Origin: Candidatus Methylomirabilia bacterium
GTDB taxonomy: Bacteria; Methylomirabilota; Methylomirabilia; Rokubacteriales; CSP1-6
Reading direction: 5' to 3'
Assembly: GCA_041492755.1 (NCBI GenBank)
Contig: JBGPXN010000018.1
Coordinates: 1-44,366, forward strand
Length of the DNA: 44,366 bases
In this document: piece after piece, positions 18,261 to 27,022 of the stretch
How positions within the stretch are numbered: position 1 is the stretch's first letter
Layout: every line of letters starts with the position of its first letter
Notes under the pieces: generated by a model
Told to the model about the DNA's origin: nothing
Seen by the model: only the letters and a program-made list of their open reading frames with translations
Databases searched by the model: none
Position numbers and translations under genes: made by a program

Positions 18261-18479
18261 ATGGCGCCACGGCTTCCTGAGCTCGTCGGCCGCGCGATGA
18301 TCGACCCCGAGTTCCTCGCCGATCTGCAGCGCGCGCCCGACACCGTGCTCGCGCAATTCGAGCTGAGCGATGCCGAGCGTCAGACCGTCGGCCGGGCGCT
18401 TCGCCAGCTCGCCGAGACCCCGCCGCGCCAGCGCGCCGCGGTGTTGAAGACCGCTCTCCTCCGCCGCGTCGCCACCTGA
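18261..18479 (+). CDS. Small NHLP-clan (nitrile-hydratase leader-like) protein, 72 aa
   Basis: ELVGRAMIDPEFLADLQRAPDTVLAQFELSDAE matches the RA..DPEF...L...P...L..F.LS..E pattern; extended -10 TGgTATGAT (18242-18250) just upstream. Confidence 0.7.
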   Translation: MAPRLPELVGRAMIDPEFLADLQRAPDTVLAQFELSDAERQTVGRALRQLAETPPRQRAAVLKTALLRRVAT

Positions 18480-18494
18480 CGGAGCCGGCCCGCG

Positions 18495-18995
18495 GTGTCG
18501 ACGCCGGCCGCAACCGCGGAGTTTCTCAAGTCGGTCCGGTTGTTCAAAGAGCTTGCGGACGCCGACCGCTTGGCGCTCGCCCAGCGTCTGCGCGCGCAGA
18601 CGCTGCGCAAGGGCCAGGTGTTGCTCCGCGAGGGTGACCTCGGCGACGAAATGTTTCTCGTTCGCACGGGCGCCATCATCGTCTCCAAGGCGGTCACCGG
18701 CCGCGTGGAGCAGGTGCTCGCGCGCATGGGCCCCGGCGACTTCTTCGGCGAGATGAGCCTGCTCGACCACGCGCCGCGCTCGGCGACGATCCAGGCCGAC
18801 GGCGACACCACGCTGCTGGTGCTCGACGCCCAGAACCTCACGCGCCTGATCGAGGTCAACCCCCGCGCGGCCGTCTCCTTCTTCCGGGCGCTCGCCCAGG
18901 TGTTCATCGAGCGCCTGCGCGCCACCGGCGAGCTGGTGGCCGAGGTGACCCGCTGGGGCCTCGAGGCCACCGGGCTCGACGTGGACACTCGATGA
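18495..18995 (+). CDS. Stand-alone cyclic-nucleotide-binding domain protein (no HTH)
   Basis: REGDLGDEMFLVRTG, GDFFGEMSLLDHAPRSAT phosphate-binding cassette. Confidence 0.92.
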   Translation: MSTPAATAEFLKSVRLFKELADADRLALAQRLRAQTLRKGQVLLREGDLGDEMFLVRTGAIIVSKAVTGRVEQVLARMGPGDFFGEMSLLDHAPRSATIQADGDTTLLVLDAQNLTRLIEVNPRAAVSFFRALAQVFIERLRATGELVAEVTRWGLEATGLDVDTR

Positions 18996-20227
18996 CGGAC
19001 GCTCCGCGGCCCCGTCGGGCCCGGATGGAGCTCCTCGTACGCGGCGACGACGGACAAGACTTCGCGGTCCGTGAGATCTCGAGCGCGGCCGGCTTCGTCC
19101 AGATGCGCCCGCTCCGCGTGGAATGGTTCGAGCTCGCCGACGTCACCTCGCGAGTGGACCAGCACCATCGATTCATCCTCCGCAACACCCGCTCCGATCG
19201 CTACCTGATGCTGACCGAGAACGAGCAGTTCCTGTGGGAGCAGATGAACGGCCAGACGTCGCTGCAGGAGATGGCGACCGCCTATCTCCTCAAGTACGGC
19301 CAGTTCGACTTCGACATCATCCCGAACCTGATCCGCAAGCTCGTCCACGCCGGCCTGCTCACGCTCACGCCGGCGTCGCGCCTGCGGCGCGCGTTGGCCC
19401 GCAACCGCCGCAAGCGCCTGGTGCAGGTGATGGAGACTGCGCTCACCGGCCTCGAGCGCATCAATCTCTCCAGCCGGCGCGTGCAGCCGTTCTTCGCGGG
19501 GCTCTATCGCTGGGGCGGCTTCGTGGTGTTCTCTCCCCTCGCGGTGATCGCGTGCCTGCTGCTCACCGCCTTCGGGGTGGCCGCGGCCATCCCGCTGTGG
19601 CGGAACGCGGACGCCGTCGCGGCCGGTCTCGGGACGCATCCGGTTCTGGCCCTGCTCATCATCAAGGTGCTGCTCCTGCTCAGCGTGGCCGCGCACCAGG
19701 TCGTCCACGCGCTCGCGCTCGTGCACTACGGCCGGCGCGTGCGGGAGTTCGGCTTCACCTTCCTGCACGGCTTCGTGCCGACGTTCTACGTCGACGTGAC
19801 CGACATCTTCATGGCCAGCCGGCGCGCGCGCGTGGTGACGGCGGTGTCGGGCACGCTCGTGCACCTCGTGCTCGGCTGTGCCTGCTTCGCGGTTGCCTGG
19901 TCGTCGCCCCCGGGGTTCGTGCAGGCGTTCGCGGCGACCTCGGGGATGTTGCAGATCCAGACCTTCGTGATCGCCCTCTACCCGTTCTGCTTCATCGAGA
20001 TGGACGGCTATCACGTCCTCGTCGACGTGCTGGGCGTGCCCACGCTCAAGCAGGACGCCGTCGCGTTCGTGGGCGCGCTCATCCGTGGTCGCCGTCGCGG
20101 CCGCCGCGGCCTCAGACCGTGGACGCGCGAGAAGAGCGTGTGGATCGGCTACGTCGGACTCTCCACGGCATCGATCGCCGCGTTTCTGATCTTCAACGTT
20201 TGGATGGTCTTGCGCGCGATTTCCTGA
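18992..20227 (+). CDS. PqqD/RRE-like domain fused to an M50-like membrane metalloprotease homologue (HQxxH)
   Basis: FLWEQMNGQTSLQEM...LIRKLVHAGLL winged helix; HQVVH, FYVDVTD, YPFCFIEMDGYHVL; multiple TM helices. Confidence 0.8.
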   Translation: MTDAPRPRRARMELLVRGDDGQDFAVREISSAAGFVQMRPLRVEWFELADVTSRVDQHHRFILRNTRSDRYLMLTENEQFLWEQMNGQTSLQEMATAYLLKYGQFDFDIIPNLIRKLVHAGLLTLTPASRLRRALARNRRKRLVQVMETALTGLERINLSSRRVQPFFAGLYRWGGFVVFSPLAVIACLLLTAFGVAAAIPLWRNADAVAAGLGTHPVLALLIIKVLLLLSVAAHQVVHALALVHYGRRVREFGFTFLHGFVPTFYVDVTDIFMASRRARVVTAVSGTLVHLVLGCACFAVAWSSPPGFVQAFAATSGMLQIQTFVIALYPFCFIEMDGYHVLVDVLGVPTLKQDAVAFVGALIRGRRRGRRGLRPWTREKSVWIGYVGLSTASIAAFLIFNVWMVLRAIS

Positions 20228-20244
20228 GGCCGCCAGTCTCCAGA

Positions 20245-20580
20245 TCAGCCAATGATCTCGTGGAGGCCTTCGACGACGCGGTCGACTTCTTCCTCGGAGG
20301 CGCGTCCTAGGCGCCGCCCGATCCTTTCTACCGAGAGCGTCCGAATGTGGCTGATTCTGACCCACGACTGCTTCGGCAAACCTCGCGCACTACTCCGAAG
20401 CGTGAGCGGAAACCCAGCCCGAGGCTCTTGGCTGGACAACGCGACAGCAATGACCGTTCCCGACCGTTCATTGAACACATCGTGGCTGAGGATCAGCACT
20501 GGGCGACGCCCGGCCTGCTCCCGGCCACGGACGGGATTGAGGTCGGCCCAGCGAAATTCCCCTCTCAGTATTCGGGCCAA
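20245..20580 (-). CDS. mazF: PemK/MazF-family toxin
   Basis: RGEFRWADLNPVRGREQAGRRPVLILS, IRTLSVERIG; TTG start 20580 overlaps the antitoxin end. Confidence 0.9.
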   Translation of the reverse strand: MARILRGEFRWADLNPVRGREQAGRRPVLILSHDVFNERSGTVIAVALSSQEPRAGFPLTLRSSARGLPKQSWVRISHIRTLSVERIGRRLGRASEEEVDRVVEGLHEIIG

Positions 20581-20807
20581 GAATCGGAGCTGCCAGCGAG
20601 GCCTTCCTCCGCTAGCGCTTTCTCGTCTTCGGGATCGAGCTTTGCGCACTCCGTCGCCAAGCGCGTACGGCGCGCGCGCGCCAGCCGCTCGGCGAGCGCG
20701 ATCTCGATAGCCTGACTGCGATTGCGGAACTCTCGTCGGCTGACGAGTTCGTCGACCTGATCGAGCAGCTCGGTATCGAGGGTGATGGCGACCTTGGTTT
20801 TCGGCAA
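20565..20807 (-). CDS. Ribbon-helix-helix (CopG-type) antitoxin
   Basis: KTKVAITLDTELLDQVDELV...NRSQAIEIAL; acidic tail EEGL...WPEY; TTG start after ggag. Confidence 0.88.
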   Translation of the reverse strand: MPKTKVAITLDTELLDQVDELVSRREFRNRSQAIEIALAERLARARRTRLATECAKLDPEDEKALAEEGLAGSSDSWPEY

Positions 20808-20823
20808 CGCGGCGTCTCCGTAA

Positions 20824-20842
20824 GTATGATGAAACATCCTAC
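20824..20842. promoter_or_regulatory. TA operator palindrome overlapping the -10 box
   Basis: gtatgatg-aaa-catcctac (1 mismatch); minus-strand CATACT overlaps it. Confidence 0.55.
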
Positions 20843-20905
20843 CATAGCCGATGCTTCCCGATCGGAAGGCGATGGGTCGCTCTGACCCCTCCTGAGCGGC
20901 CCAGG

Positions 20906-22225
20906 CTACTGCTCAGGGCTTGCGGCATCCCGCATGAGGGCCTCGACGGCGGCCGCGATGCGTGGGGCGTCACTGGCGGCGACGGCGGGCGTGTCGGCCG
21001 TGAGCGCCGCGGTTTGCTCGATGGGTTGGAGCGCGGCGAGCTGGGCTTGCGCGCGGGCGCGTAGCTCGTCACCGAGCAGAGCGGCGATCTCGGTGAGTGC
21101 AGTGAGGGCGGCGCCGGCGCGCGCGGCGCGGTCCGTGGCCTCGCCCAGCCGAGCAATCAGGCGCTCGCGGAACCGGTACGACACCGCCGCATGGACGGCG
21201 CGCCACACGAACAGATCGCCGGCCATCGGCTCCCAGGCAAGCGTGAGCGGCTGTCCGGCGGCGCGCACGAATGGGGCGAGCGCCGGGGCGCCGGTGGCGG
21301 CGACGATCGCGAGCGCACCTTCGGCGACGGCCGGTGGGAGCGGCCGCGTCGGAGCCTCGGCGACGGAGGGGAACGACAGCGCCACCGGGGGACCATTGCA
21401 GGGCAGCCGCAGGTGCTCCTCCAGCGGCGCGCCGAGCGCCCACAACACCGCGGATACGCCGCCGGTGCGGTCCACGAGACGCCGCGGCGCGTGGCGGCGG
21501 ATACCCTGCCAGTCCTCGCGGTAGTACGTCCGCCCCCGCCACACGATCTTTTCCACGCGATCGCGCTGCTGGACGAACACGTCCCCTCCGGCGAAGCGCC
21601 GCTCGTGCGGGGCCGGCTGCCACGCGAGCGCACCGGCGGCGAACGCGGCGAGCGGATCGTCGTACCCGGGCGCGTACCGAAACGACTCCAGCAACGCGAG
21701 GAATAGCTGCTCGCTGGGGTAGGGGCCGCCGTAGCGGAGCGCCGTCCGCTGCTGGTCGGCGGCAAGTGAGGCGACGACGTTCAGCACGGCGGTGCCGGCG
21801 CCGGAGGGGAGCCGCCCGGGGTCGAGCACGGTTGGGATTCGATCGATGCGCGTCCAGTCGAGCGCCTCGGCGAGCGTCGCGGCGCCACCGTCGTGGCGCA
21901 AGCGGTCGGACATCCCCCACGGCGCGTCGGTTGTCGCGCGCGGCTCGATCGCGATCCACGATCGATCAGCCAGCCGCACCCGTGCGTTGGCGAGCCCCTT
22001 CTCGTCCCACACGAAGGCGGCGAGCATCACGCCGGCCGGATCGAATTCCAGGAGACGACGACGGTCAGGACGACCGTCCGCGTAGCAGATCACGGAGCCG
22101 TGGGGTGTCGTCGCGACCGGCCCGCCCCGCGCGCACGCGCGGCGGGCGGCGACGACGGCGTCGGGCGCGTCGACCTCCGCCGCGGCAAGCCACGGGAGGA
22201 CCCGCCCGCTGTCTTCGGTCGCCAC
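20906..22225 (-). CDS. Hypothetical protein (439 aa)
   Basis: Long ORF filling the gap; GTG 22225 lies 6 nt after a minus-strand TATCAT; no family recognised. Confidence 0.7.
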   Translation of the reverse strand: MATEDSGRVLPWLAAAEVDAPDAVVAARRACARGGPVATTPHGSVICYADGRPDRRRLLEFDPAGVMLAAFVWDEKGLANARVRLADRSWIAIEPRATTDAPWGMSDRLRHDGGAATLAEALDWTRIDRIPTVLDPGRLPSGAGTAVLNVVASLAADQQRTALRYGGPYPSEQLFLALLESFRYAPGYDDPLAAFAAGALAWQPAPHERRFAGGDVFVQQRDRVEKIVWRGRTYYREDWQGIRRHAPRRLVDRTGGVSAVLWALGAPLEEHLRLPCNGPPVALSFPSVAEAPTRPLPPAVAEGALAIVAATGAPALAPFVRAAGQPLTLAWEPMAGDLFVWRAVHAAVSYRFRERLIARLGEATDRAARAGAALTALTEIAALLGDELRARAQAQLAALQPIEQTAALTADTPAVAASDAPRIAAAVEALMRDAASPEQ

Positions 22226-22247
22226 GGCGCGATGATACAATGCGCGG
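22226..22247. promoter_or_regulatory. Bidirectional leaderless promoter
   Basis: + strand TGaTACAAT-6 nt-GTG(22248); - strand TATCAT-6 nt-GTG(22225). Confidence 0.65.
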
Positions 22248-23663
22248 GTGGCAGGCATCTTTTCCGAGGCAGTGTGGCGCTCGGCTCTGGAGATCGCCGC
22301 CCTCGTTCGGTCCAAGCAGATCTCGGCGCTGGAAGTCACCGAGGCTGTCCTCGCCCGCATCGACGCCCTCAATCCGCGCTTGAACGCCTTCTGTCTCGTC
22401 GCCGCCGACGAAGCGCGCCGCGCGGCCCGCGAGGCGGACATCGCGGTGGCCAAGAGTGAGCCGCTCGGCGCGCTCCATGGCGTGCCGGTGTCGCTCAAGG
22501 ACGTCATCTTCACGCGGGGCATGCGCACGACCGGCGGGTCGCGGCTCTTCGCCGAGGCCGTGCCCGACGAGGACGCGATCGCCGTCGCGCGCCTCAAGGC
22601 GGCGGGCGCGGTCGTGCTCGGCAAGACGAACACCTCGGAGTTCGGACACAAGGCGATCACCGAGAATCCGATGTTCGGCGTCACGCGCAACCCGTGGAAT
22701 CTGGATCTCACGCCCGGCGGCTCCAGCGGCGGCGCTGCCGCCGCGGTCGCGAGCGGGCTCGGACCGGTCGCGCTCGGCACGGACGGTGGCGGGTCGATCC
22801 GACTGCCCGCCGCGTTCTGCGACGTCTACGGCCTCAAGCCGTCATGGGGCCGCGTGCCCCAGCATCCCGGCTTCCCGGGCTGGGACCATCTGTCCTGCAC
22901 GGGGCCGCTCACGCGCACCGTCCGTGACGCCGCCGCCGTGCTCGACGTCATCGCGGGCGCGGACGATCGCGACCGGGAGTCACTTCCGCGCGAGCAGGGC
23001 TCGTACCTCGAGGCGTGCGAGGAGAGCATCAAGGGCTGGCACGTGGCGTGGAGCCCCGACCTCGGTTACGCGACGGTGGATCCGGCCGTGCTCGCGCTGT
23101 GCGAGAACGCGGCGGCCGAGTTCGAGTCGCTCGGCTGCCACGTGGAAGTGGTGAACCCGGGCTGGGAGGACGTCGAGACGACGTTCACGACCCTCGTGGC
23201 CGCGCAGTTCTACGGGGCGTGGTCGGATCAGCTCCCCGAAGCCGAGAAACAGCTCGATCCCACGCTCGTCAAGTTCATCCGCAAGGGCGGGAGCGTCACC
23301 GCCCGCGACTACGTGCTCGCGCGCGAGCGCGTGAAGCAGTACTGGCTCGAGGTCGTCACCTTCCTCGCGCGCTTCGATCTCCTGTTGACGCCCACCGTCG
23401 CGGTGCCGCCGTTTGCGGCGGCGGGCCGGCCGCCCCGCCAGATCGCAGAGCGTGAGCTGTCCGTGCTGGGCTGGATGCCGTTCACCTTTCCGTTCAACCT
23501 GACCGGGCAGCCGGCGGCCAGCGTGCCGGCCGGCATCACCGACGATGGCCGCCCCGTCGGCCTGCAGATTGTCGGCCGCCGCCACGCGGATCGCGCCGTG
23601 CTGGCCGCGTCCGCGGCCTACGAGGCCGCGTGTCCGTGGAGCGAGCGCCGACCTCCGGTGTGA
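22248..23663 (+). CDS. Amidase signature family protein
   Basis: [20 protein letters not shown] (Lys-cisSer-Ser triad), [12 protein letters not shown]. Confidence 0.95.
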   Translation: MAGIFSEAVWRSALEIAALVRSKQISALEVTEAVLARIDALNPRLNAFCLVAADEARRAAREADIAVAKSEPLGALHGVPVSLKDVIFTRGMRTTGGSRLFAEAVPDEDAIAVARLKAAGAVVLGKTNTSEFGHKAITENPMFGVTRNPWNLDLTPGGSSGGAAAAVASGLGPVALGTDGGGSIRLPAAFCDVYGLKPSWGRVPQHPGFPGWDHLSCTGPLTRTVRDAAAVLDVIAGADDRDRESLPREQGSYLEACEESIKGWHVAWSPDLGYATVDPAVLALCENAAAEFESLGCHVEVVNPGWEDVETTFTTLVAAQFYGAWSDQLPEAEKQLDPTLVKFIRKGGSVTARDYVLARERVKQYWLEVVTFLARFDLLLTPTVAVPPFAAAGRPPRQIAERELSVLGWMPFTFPFNLTGQPAASVPAGITDDGRPVGLQIVGRRHADRAVLAASAAYEAACPWSERRPPV

Positions 23664-24400
23664 CCGCCTCCGCTTCCGAGCCGCCCCGCGGGCGTTCGGC
23701 TGTTGCCGGCTGGGCCATCGTCTCCGCTGTCCTCTTCCTCGGGCTCATCCTCGTGATCTGGGCGGTGATGGCGGACGTGCCGTTCATCCACTGGCTGGTG
23801 AGGCTCTACCGCGACAAGCACTTCCTCAAGGACACGGTCGCGGCCTGGGGCTGGGCGGCGCCGGTGGTGTTCGTCGCCATCCAGGCGCTGCAGGTGATCA
23901 TCTCGCCGATCCCGGGCGAGATCACGGGACCGGTGGGCGGCGCGCTGTTCGGAACGCTGTGGGGGCTGATCTACTCGACGATCGGGCTCACCGCGGGCAC
24001 CCTCATCTGCTTCGCGGTCGGCCGGCGATGGGGAGAGCCGCTCGTGCGGCCGTGGCTGAGCGAGCGCCACTGGAACCGGATGAACTTCATCCTCGAAGCC
24101 GAGGGCGCCATCCTCTGCTTCCTCCTCTATCTCATCCCCGGCTTTCCCAAGGACATCATCTCGTACCTGTTCGGGATCAGCCCCCTGCCGTTCTGGGTGT
24201 TCGCGGTGGTCTCGACGCTCGGCCGGCTGCCGGGCACGTGGATCTCCTCGTACCTCGGCGCCCACGTCGCCGAGCAGCAGTACATCTATGCGGTGGCGTT
24301 CGTCGCGGTCATCGCCGCCCTCTGCCTGCCGGTCTACTACTATCGCGATCGCATCATCGGTCTCGTGAGCCGCAAAAAGCCCCATCGCCAAAAGCCTTGA
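23660..24400 (+). CDS. TVP38/TMEM64 (DedA/VTT) family membrane protein
   Basis: QVIISPIPGE, GGALFG, YLIPGFPKDIISY, GRLPGT; GTGA overlap with amidase. Confidence 0.88.
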   Translation: MTASASEPPRGRSAVAGWAIVSAVLFLGLILVIWAVMADVPFIHWLVRLYRDKHFLKDTVAAWGWAAPVVFVAIQALQVIISPIPGEITGPVGGALFGTLWGLIYSTIGLTAGTLICFAVGRRWGEPLVRPWLSERHWNRMNFILEAEGAILCFLLYLIPGFPKDIISYLFGISPLPFWVFAVVSTLGRLPGTWISSYLGAHVAEQQYIYAVAFVAVIAALCLPVYYYRDRIIGLVSRKKPHRQKP

Positions 24401-24425
24401 CGCCGATGCGCGCGGCCGGTAGATT
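24397..24425 (+). promoter_or_regulatory. sigma70 promoter of the DAHP synthase leader
   Basis: ttgacg-17 nt-tagatt. Confidence 0.75.
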
Positions 24426-24437
24426 ACGTTGCACGTT

Positions 24438-24509
24438 ATGCGCACCTGGCGTCGCTTCGGGTTCTTCTTCTACTACTTCGGAGAGGTCTGCCCGGGCGCG
24501 CTGAGCTGA
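24438..24509 (+). CDS. Aromatic-amino-acid attenuator leader peptide MRTWRRFGFFFYYFGEVCPGALS
   Basis: 8 aromatic codons (1 W, 5 F, 2 Y) within codons 4-14, between the promoter and terminator upstream of DAHP synthase. Confidence 0.85.
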   Translation: MRTWRRFGFFFYYFGEVCPGALS

Positions 24510-24564
24510 TCCAGGACGCGCCGCGGGGGACCGAAACACCCGCGGCGATCAGAGCGAGACGACG

Positions 24565-24600
24565 AAGGCCGCGGGTGAGCAGTCCGCGGCCTTTTGCTTT
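24565..24600 (+). terminator. Intrinsic terminator (attenuator)
   Basis: aaggccgcgg ... ccgcggcctt hairpin followed by ttgcttt. Confidence 0.85.
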
Positions 24601-24629
24601 GCACTCTCGTCTTGCGGGGGTTGGTCGAC

Positions 24630-25646
24630 ATGATCATCGTGTTGCGCGCCGGCGCGTCGGAGACCGAGGTCGAGGACGTCTGTCGCCGCATCCGGTCCAT
24701 GGGGTACCAGCCCCACGCCATCCGGGGTGAAGTGCGCACCGTGATCGGCGCCGTCGGCGACGACCGCGGCAAGGAGCGCCTGCGGTCGCTCGAGTCGCTC
24801 GAATACGTCGAGCACGTCCAGCCGATTCTCCAACCATTCAAGCTGGCCAGCCGCGAGGTTCGCACCACGTCCACGCAGGTGCCCGTCGACGGCATCGTCA
24901 TTGGCGGCAAGCGCCTGGCCGTGATGGCGGGGCCGTGCTCGGTCGAGTCGCGCGAGCAGATCCTGGAGGTCGCGACCAAGGTGAAGGCGGCGGGGGCGTC
25001 GGTGCTGCGCGGGGGCGCGTTCAAGCCGCGCACGTCGCCGTACGCGTTCCAGGGCCTGGAACTCGAGGGCCTCAAGCTGCTGGCGGAAGCGAAGCGCGAG
25101 ACCGGGTTGCCGATCGTGACGGAGGTCATGGAGCCGGACAAGGTCGAGGTCGTCGCCGAGCACTCCGACATCCTTCAAATCGGCGCCCGCAACATCCAGA
25201 ACTTTTCGCTGCTGAGGCGGGTGGCCGAGACCCGCAAGCCGGTCCTGCTCAAGCGCGGCATGTCGACGTCGATCCAGGAGTGGCTGCTCTCCGCCGAGTA
25301 CGTGCTGGCCGGCGGCAATCCGCACGTGATCCTCTGCGAGCGCGGGATCCGGACCTTCGAGACGTCCACGCGGTTCACGCTCGACCTGAACGCCATTCCG
25401 GTCGTCAAGAAGCTCTCCCACCTGCCGGTGGTGGTCGATCCTTCGCACGGGACCGGGCACTGGGAGTACGTGGAGTCGATGGCCATGGCCGCCGTGGCGG
25501 CCGGCGCCGACGGCCTGATCATCGAGGTCCATCCGAAGCCGGAAGAGGCGCTGTCCGACGGCCCCCAGTCGCTCAAGCCCGACCGGTTCGCGCGCCTCAT
25601 GACGCGCATCCGCCGGGTGGCGGAGGCGCTGGACCGGGAGGTCTGA
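24630..25646 (+). CDS. aroF: 3-deoxy-7-phosphoheptulonate (DAHP) synthase, type I-beta with N-terminal regulatory domain
   Basis: [58 protein letters not shown]. Confidence 0.95.
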   Translation: MIIVLRAGASETEVEDVCRRIRSMGYQPHAIRGEVRTVIGAVGDDRGKERLRSLESLEYVEHVQPILQPFKLASREVRTTSTQVPVDGIVIGGKRLAVMAGPCSVESREQILEVATKVKAAGASVLRGGAFKPRTSPYAFQGLELEGLKLLAEAKRETGLPIVTEVMEPDKVEVVAEHSDILQIGARNIQNFSLLRRVAETRKPVLLKRGMSTSIQEWLLSAEYVLAGGNPHVILCERGIRTFETSTRFTLDLNAIPVVKKLSHLPVVVDPSHGTGHWEYVESMAMAAVAAGADGLIIEVHPKPEEALSDGPQSLKPDRFARLMTRIRRVAEALDREV

Positions 25647-25650
25647 GTAC

Positions 25651-25697
25651 ATGGGGGGCCCCGAAATGGCCCCCCATACCCCCCCGCGCTCCTCGAA
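25651..25697 (+). repeat. REP-like palindromic element, family A copy 2 (short)
   Basis: atggggggccccgaaatggccccccatacccccccgcgctcctcgaa. Confidence 0.85.
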
Positions 25698-25756
25698 TTC
25701 CCTCACACCCTCTGAGCGACGGCTCACCGGACCCTCGTTCTATAATCATTGGCGGT

Positions 25757-26821
25757 ATGCCAAGCCCCGGTGAGACGCGCGAAAGCCTCGTCCGCCGGCT
25801 CTGGAACCGGCGGGCGGCGGGCCTGGCGCTATCGATCGCCCTCCACCTCCTGGTCGTCGCGCTGGCGGTATTCGTGCGCACGCCGGGCGCGAGCTACGTC
25901 GTGAAGCGCGGCGAGCCGCTCTTCGTGGAGCTCCCGGAAGCGCCGGGCTCAGCGCCCGCGGGCGACCCGTCGGCGCGCACGCCGGGCCCGCCGGAACGCG
26001 GCGAGTCGCCGATCGCCCGGGCGCCGTCGCCGCCGCCTGCTCCCGCGGCGCCGCGGCCGGCCCCACGACCGGCCCCGAGCGACGTCAAGCCGGCTCCGCG
26101 CGCGACGCCGAGCGACCCCAAGCCGGTGCTGCGCCCGGCCCCGAGCGAGACCAAGCCGGCGCCGAGCCCGGCGCGTCCGGAGCCGCCTGCGCCGCGTGAC
26201 GCCACGCCACGCGAGCCGACACCGGCGACCGCCAAAGCGACGCCTCCGCCAGCGGAACCCCAGGCTCCAGAGACGCCGGCCGCACGCCCGGAAGCAGCGA
26301 CGCCGGCGCTGGAGGCCAAGGCGGGCGCCGGTGAGACGCCAGCCACGGCGGGGGGCCCGCCCACGGGCGGTCGAGGGCAGTCGCCGGTCGATATCCGGGC
26401 CGCGCTACGGCCGGGTGGGGGCGGAGGCGGCGGGCGGGGCGGCGGCCGCGCCGGGATCGAGGGCGAGCCCATCCCGCTCGACAGCACGAATCCGAGGTAC
26501 AGCGACTATCTCGATCGCGTCCGGCGGATGATCAAGGAGAAGTGGGGCTATCCCTGCATCAAGAACACGGACACCCGGGACTGCGAGTACAAGACGGCAC
26601 AGCTCGTGATCGAGTTCGGCGTCGCCAAGGACGGCCGGGTCCCGTTCGTCAACGTGCTACGATCGTCCGGCTACCCGATCTACGACGAGTACGCGGTGAA
26701 CGCGGTGAAGTTCGCCTCGCCGTTTCCCCCGGTACCCGACGCGCTCAGTCGCACCGGGTTTCCGATCCACGCGACCTTCAACTACATCGTCGACAGCGGG
26801 CTGACGAACCTGTTGCGCTGA
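25757..26821 (+). CDS. TonB/TolA-like energy transducer (TM anchor, Pro-rich linker, TonB C-terminal domain)
   Basis: SIALHLL anchor motif; YLDRVRRMIKEKWGYP, SSGYPIYDEYAVNAVKFASPFPP; TATAAT at 25741. Confidence 0.88.
   Translation: MPSPGETRESLVRRLWNRRAAGLALSIALHLLVVALAVFVRTPGASYVVKRGEPLFVELPEAPGSAPAGDPSARTPGPPERGESPIARAPSPPPAPAAPRPAPRPAPSDVKPAPRATPSDPKPVLRPAPSETKPAPSPARPEPPAPRDATPREPTPATAKATPPPAEPQAPETPAARPEAATPALEAKAGAGETPATAGGPPTGGRGQSPVDIRAALRPGGGGGGGRGGGRAGIEGEPIPLDSTNPRYSDYLDRVRRMIKEKWGYPCIKNTDTRDCEYKTAQLVIEFGVAKDGRVPFVNVLRSSGYPIYDEYAVNAVKFASPFPPVPDALSRTGFPIHATFNYIVDSGLTNLLR
26069..26167 (+). repeat. 33-nt tandem repeat x3 within the Pro-rich linker
   Basis: ccgagcga..aagccgg at 26075, 26108 and 26141 (PSDVKP/PSDPKP/PSETKP). 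Confidence 0.75.
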
Positions 26822-26922
26822 TGGATGCGCTTGCGTCGGGATCGGCTTGCGGATTGCGCTGCAAAGTCGGCCGGTTAACTTGACTCATACCAATTCTCAT
26901 AGGATGATCGGACCTCTTGGAT

Positions 26923-26997
26923 AGGCTCGTAGCTCAGTGGGAGAGCGCCTCTCTGACGCAGAGGAGGTCGGCGGTTCGAAACCGCCCGAGCCTACCA
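26923..26997 (+). tRNA. tRNA-Val(GAC)
   Basis: Cloverleaf aggctcg...cgagcct-a-cca; anticodon stem cctct/agagg, loop ctGACgc. Confidence 0.96.
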
Positions 26998-27022
26998 TTC
27001 TTCTCGCCGCCCGCCGTCATGC

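Noticed and set aside
22248..23663. gatA
   Set aside because: No gatB/gatC adjacent; looks like a generic amidase
24438..24600. T-box riboswitch upstream of aroF
   Set aside because: No T-box AAGGTGGTACC-like motif or stem I; the leader peptide explains the terminator
26880..26908. Promoter for tRNA-Val/thrS (ttgact-17-gatgat)
   Set aside because: Plausible, but the -10 match is weak and the placement ambiguous
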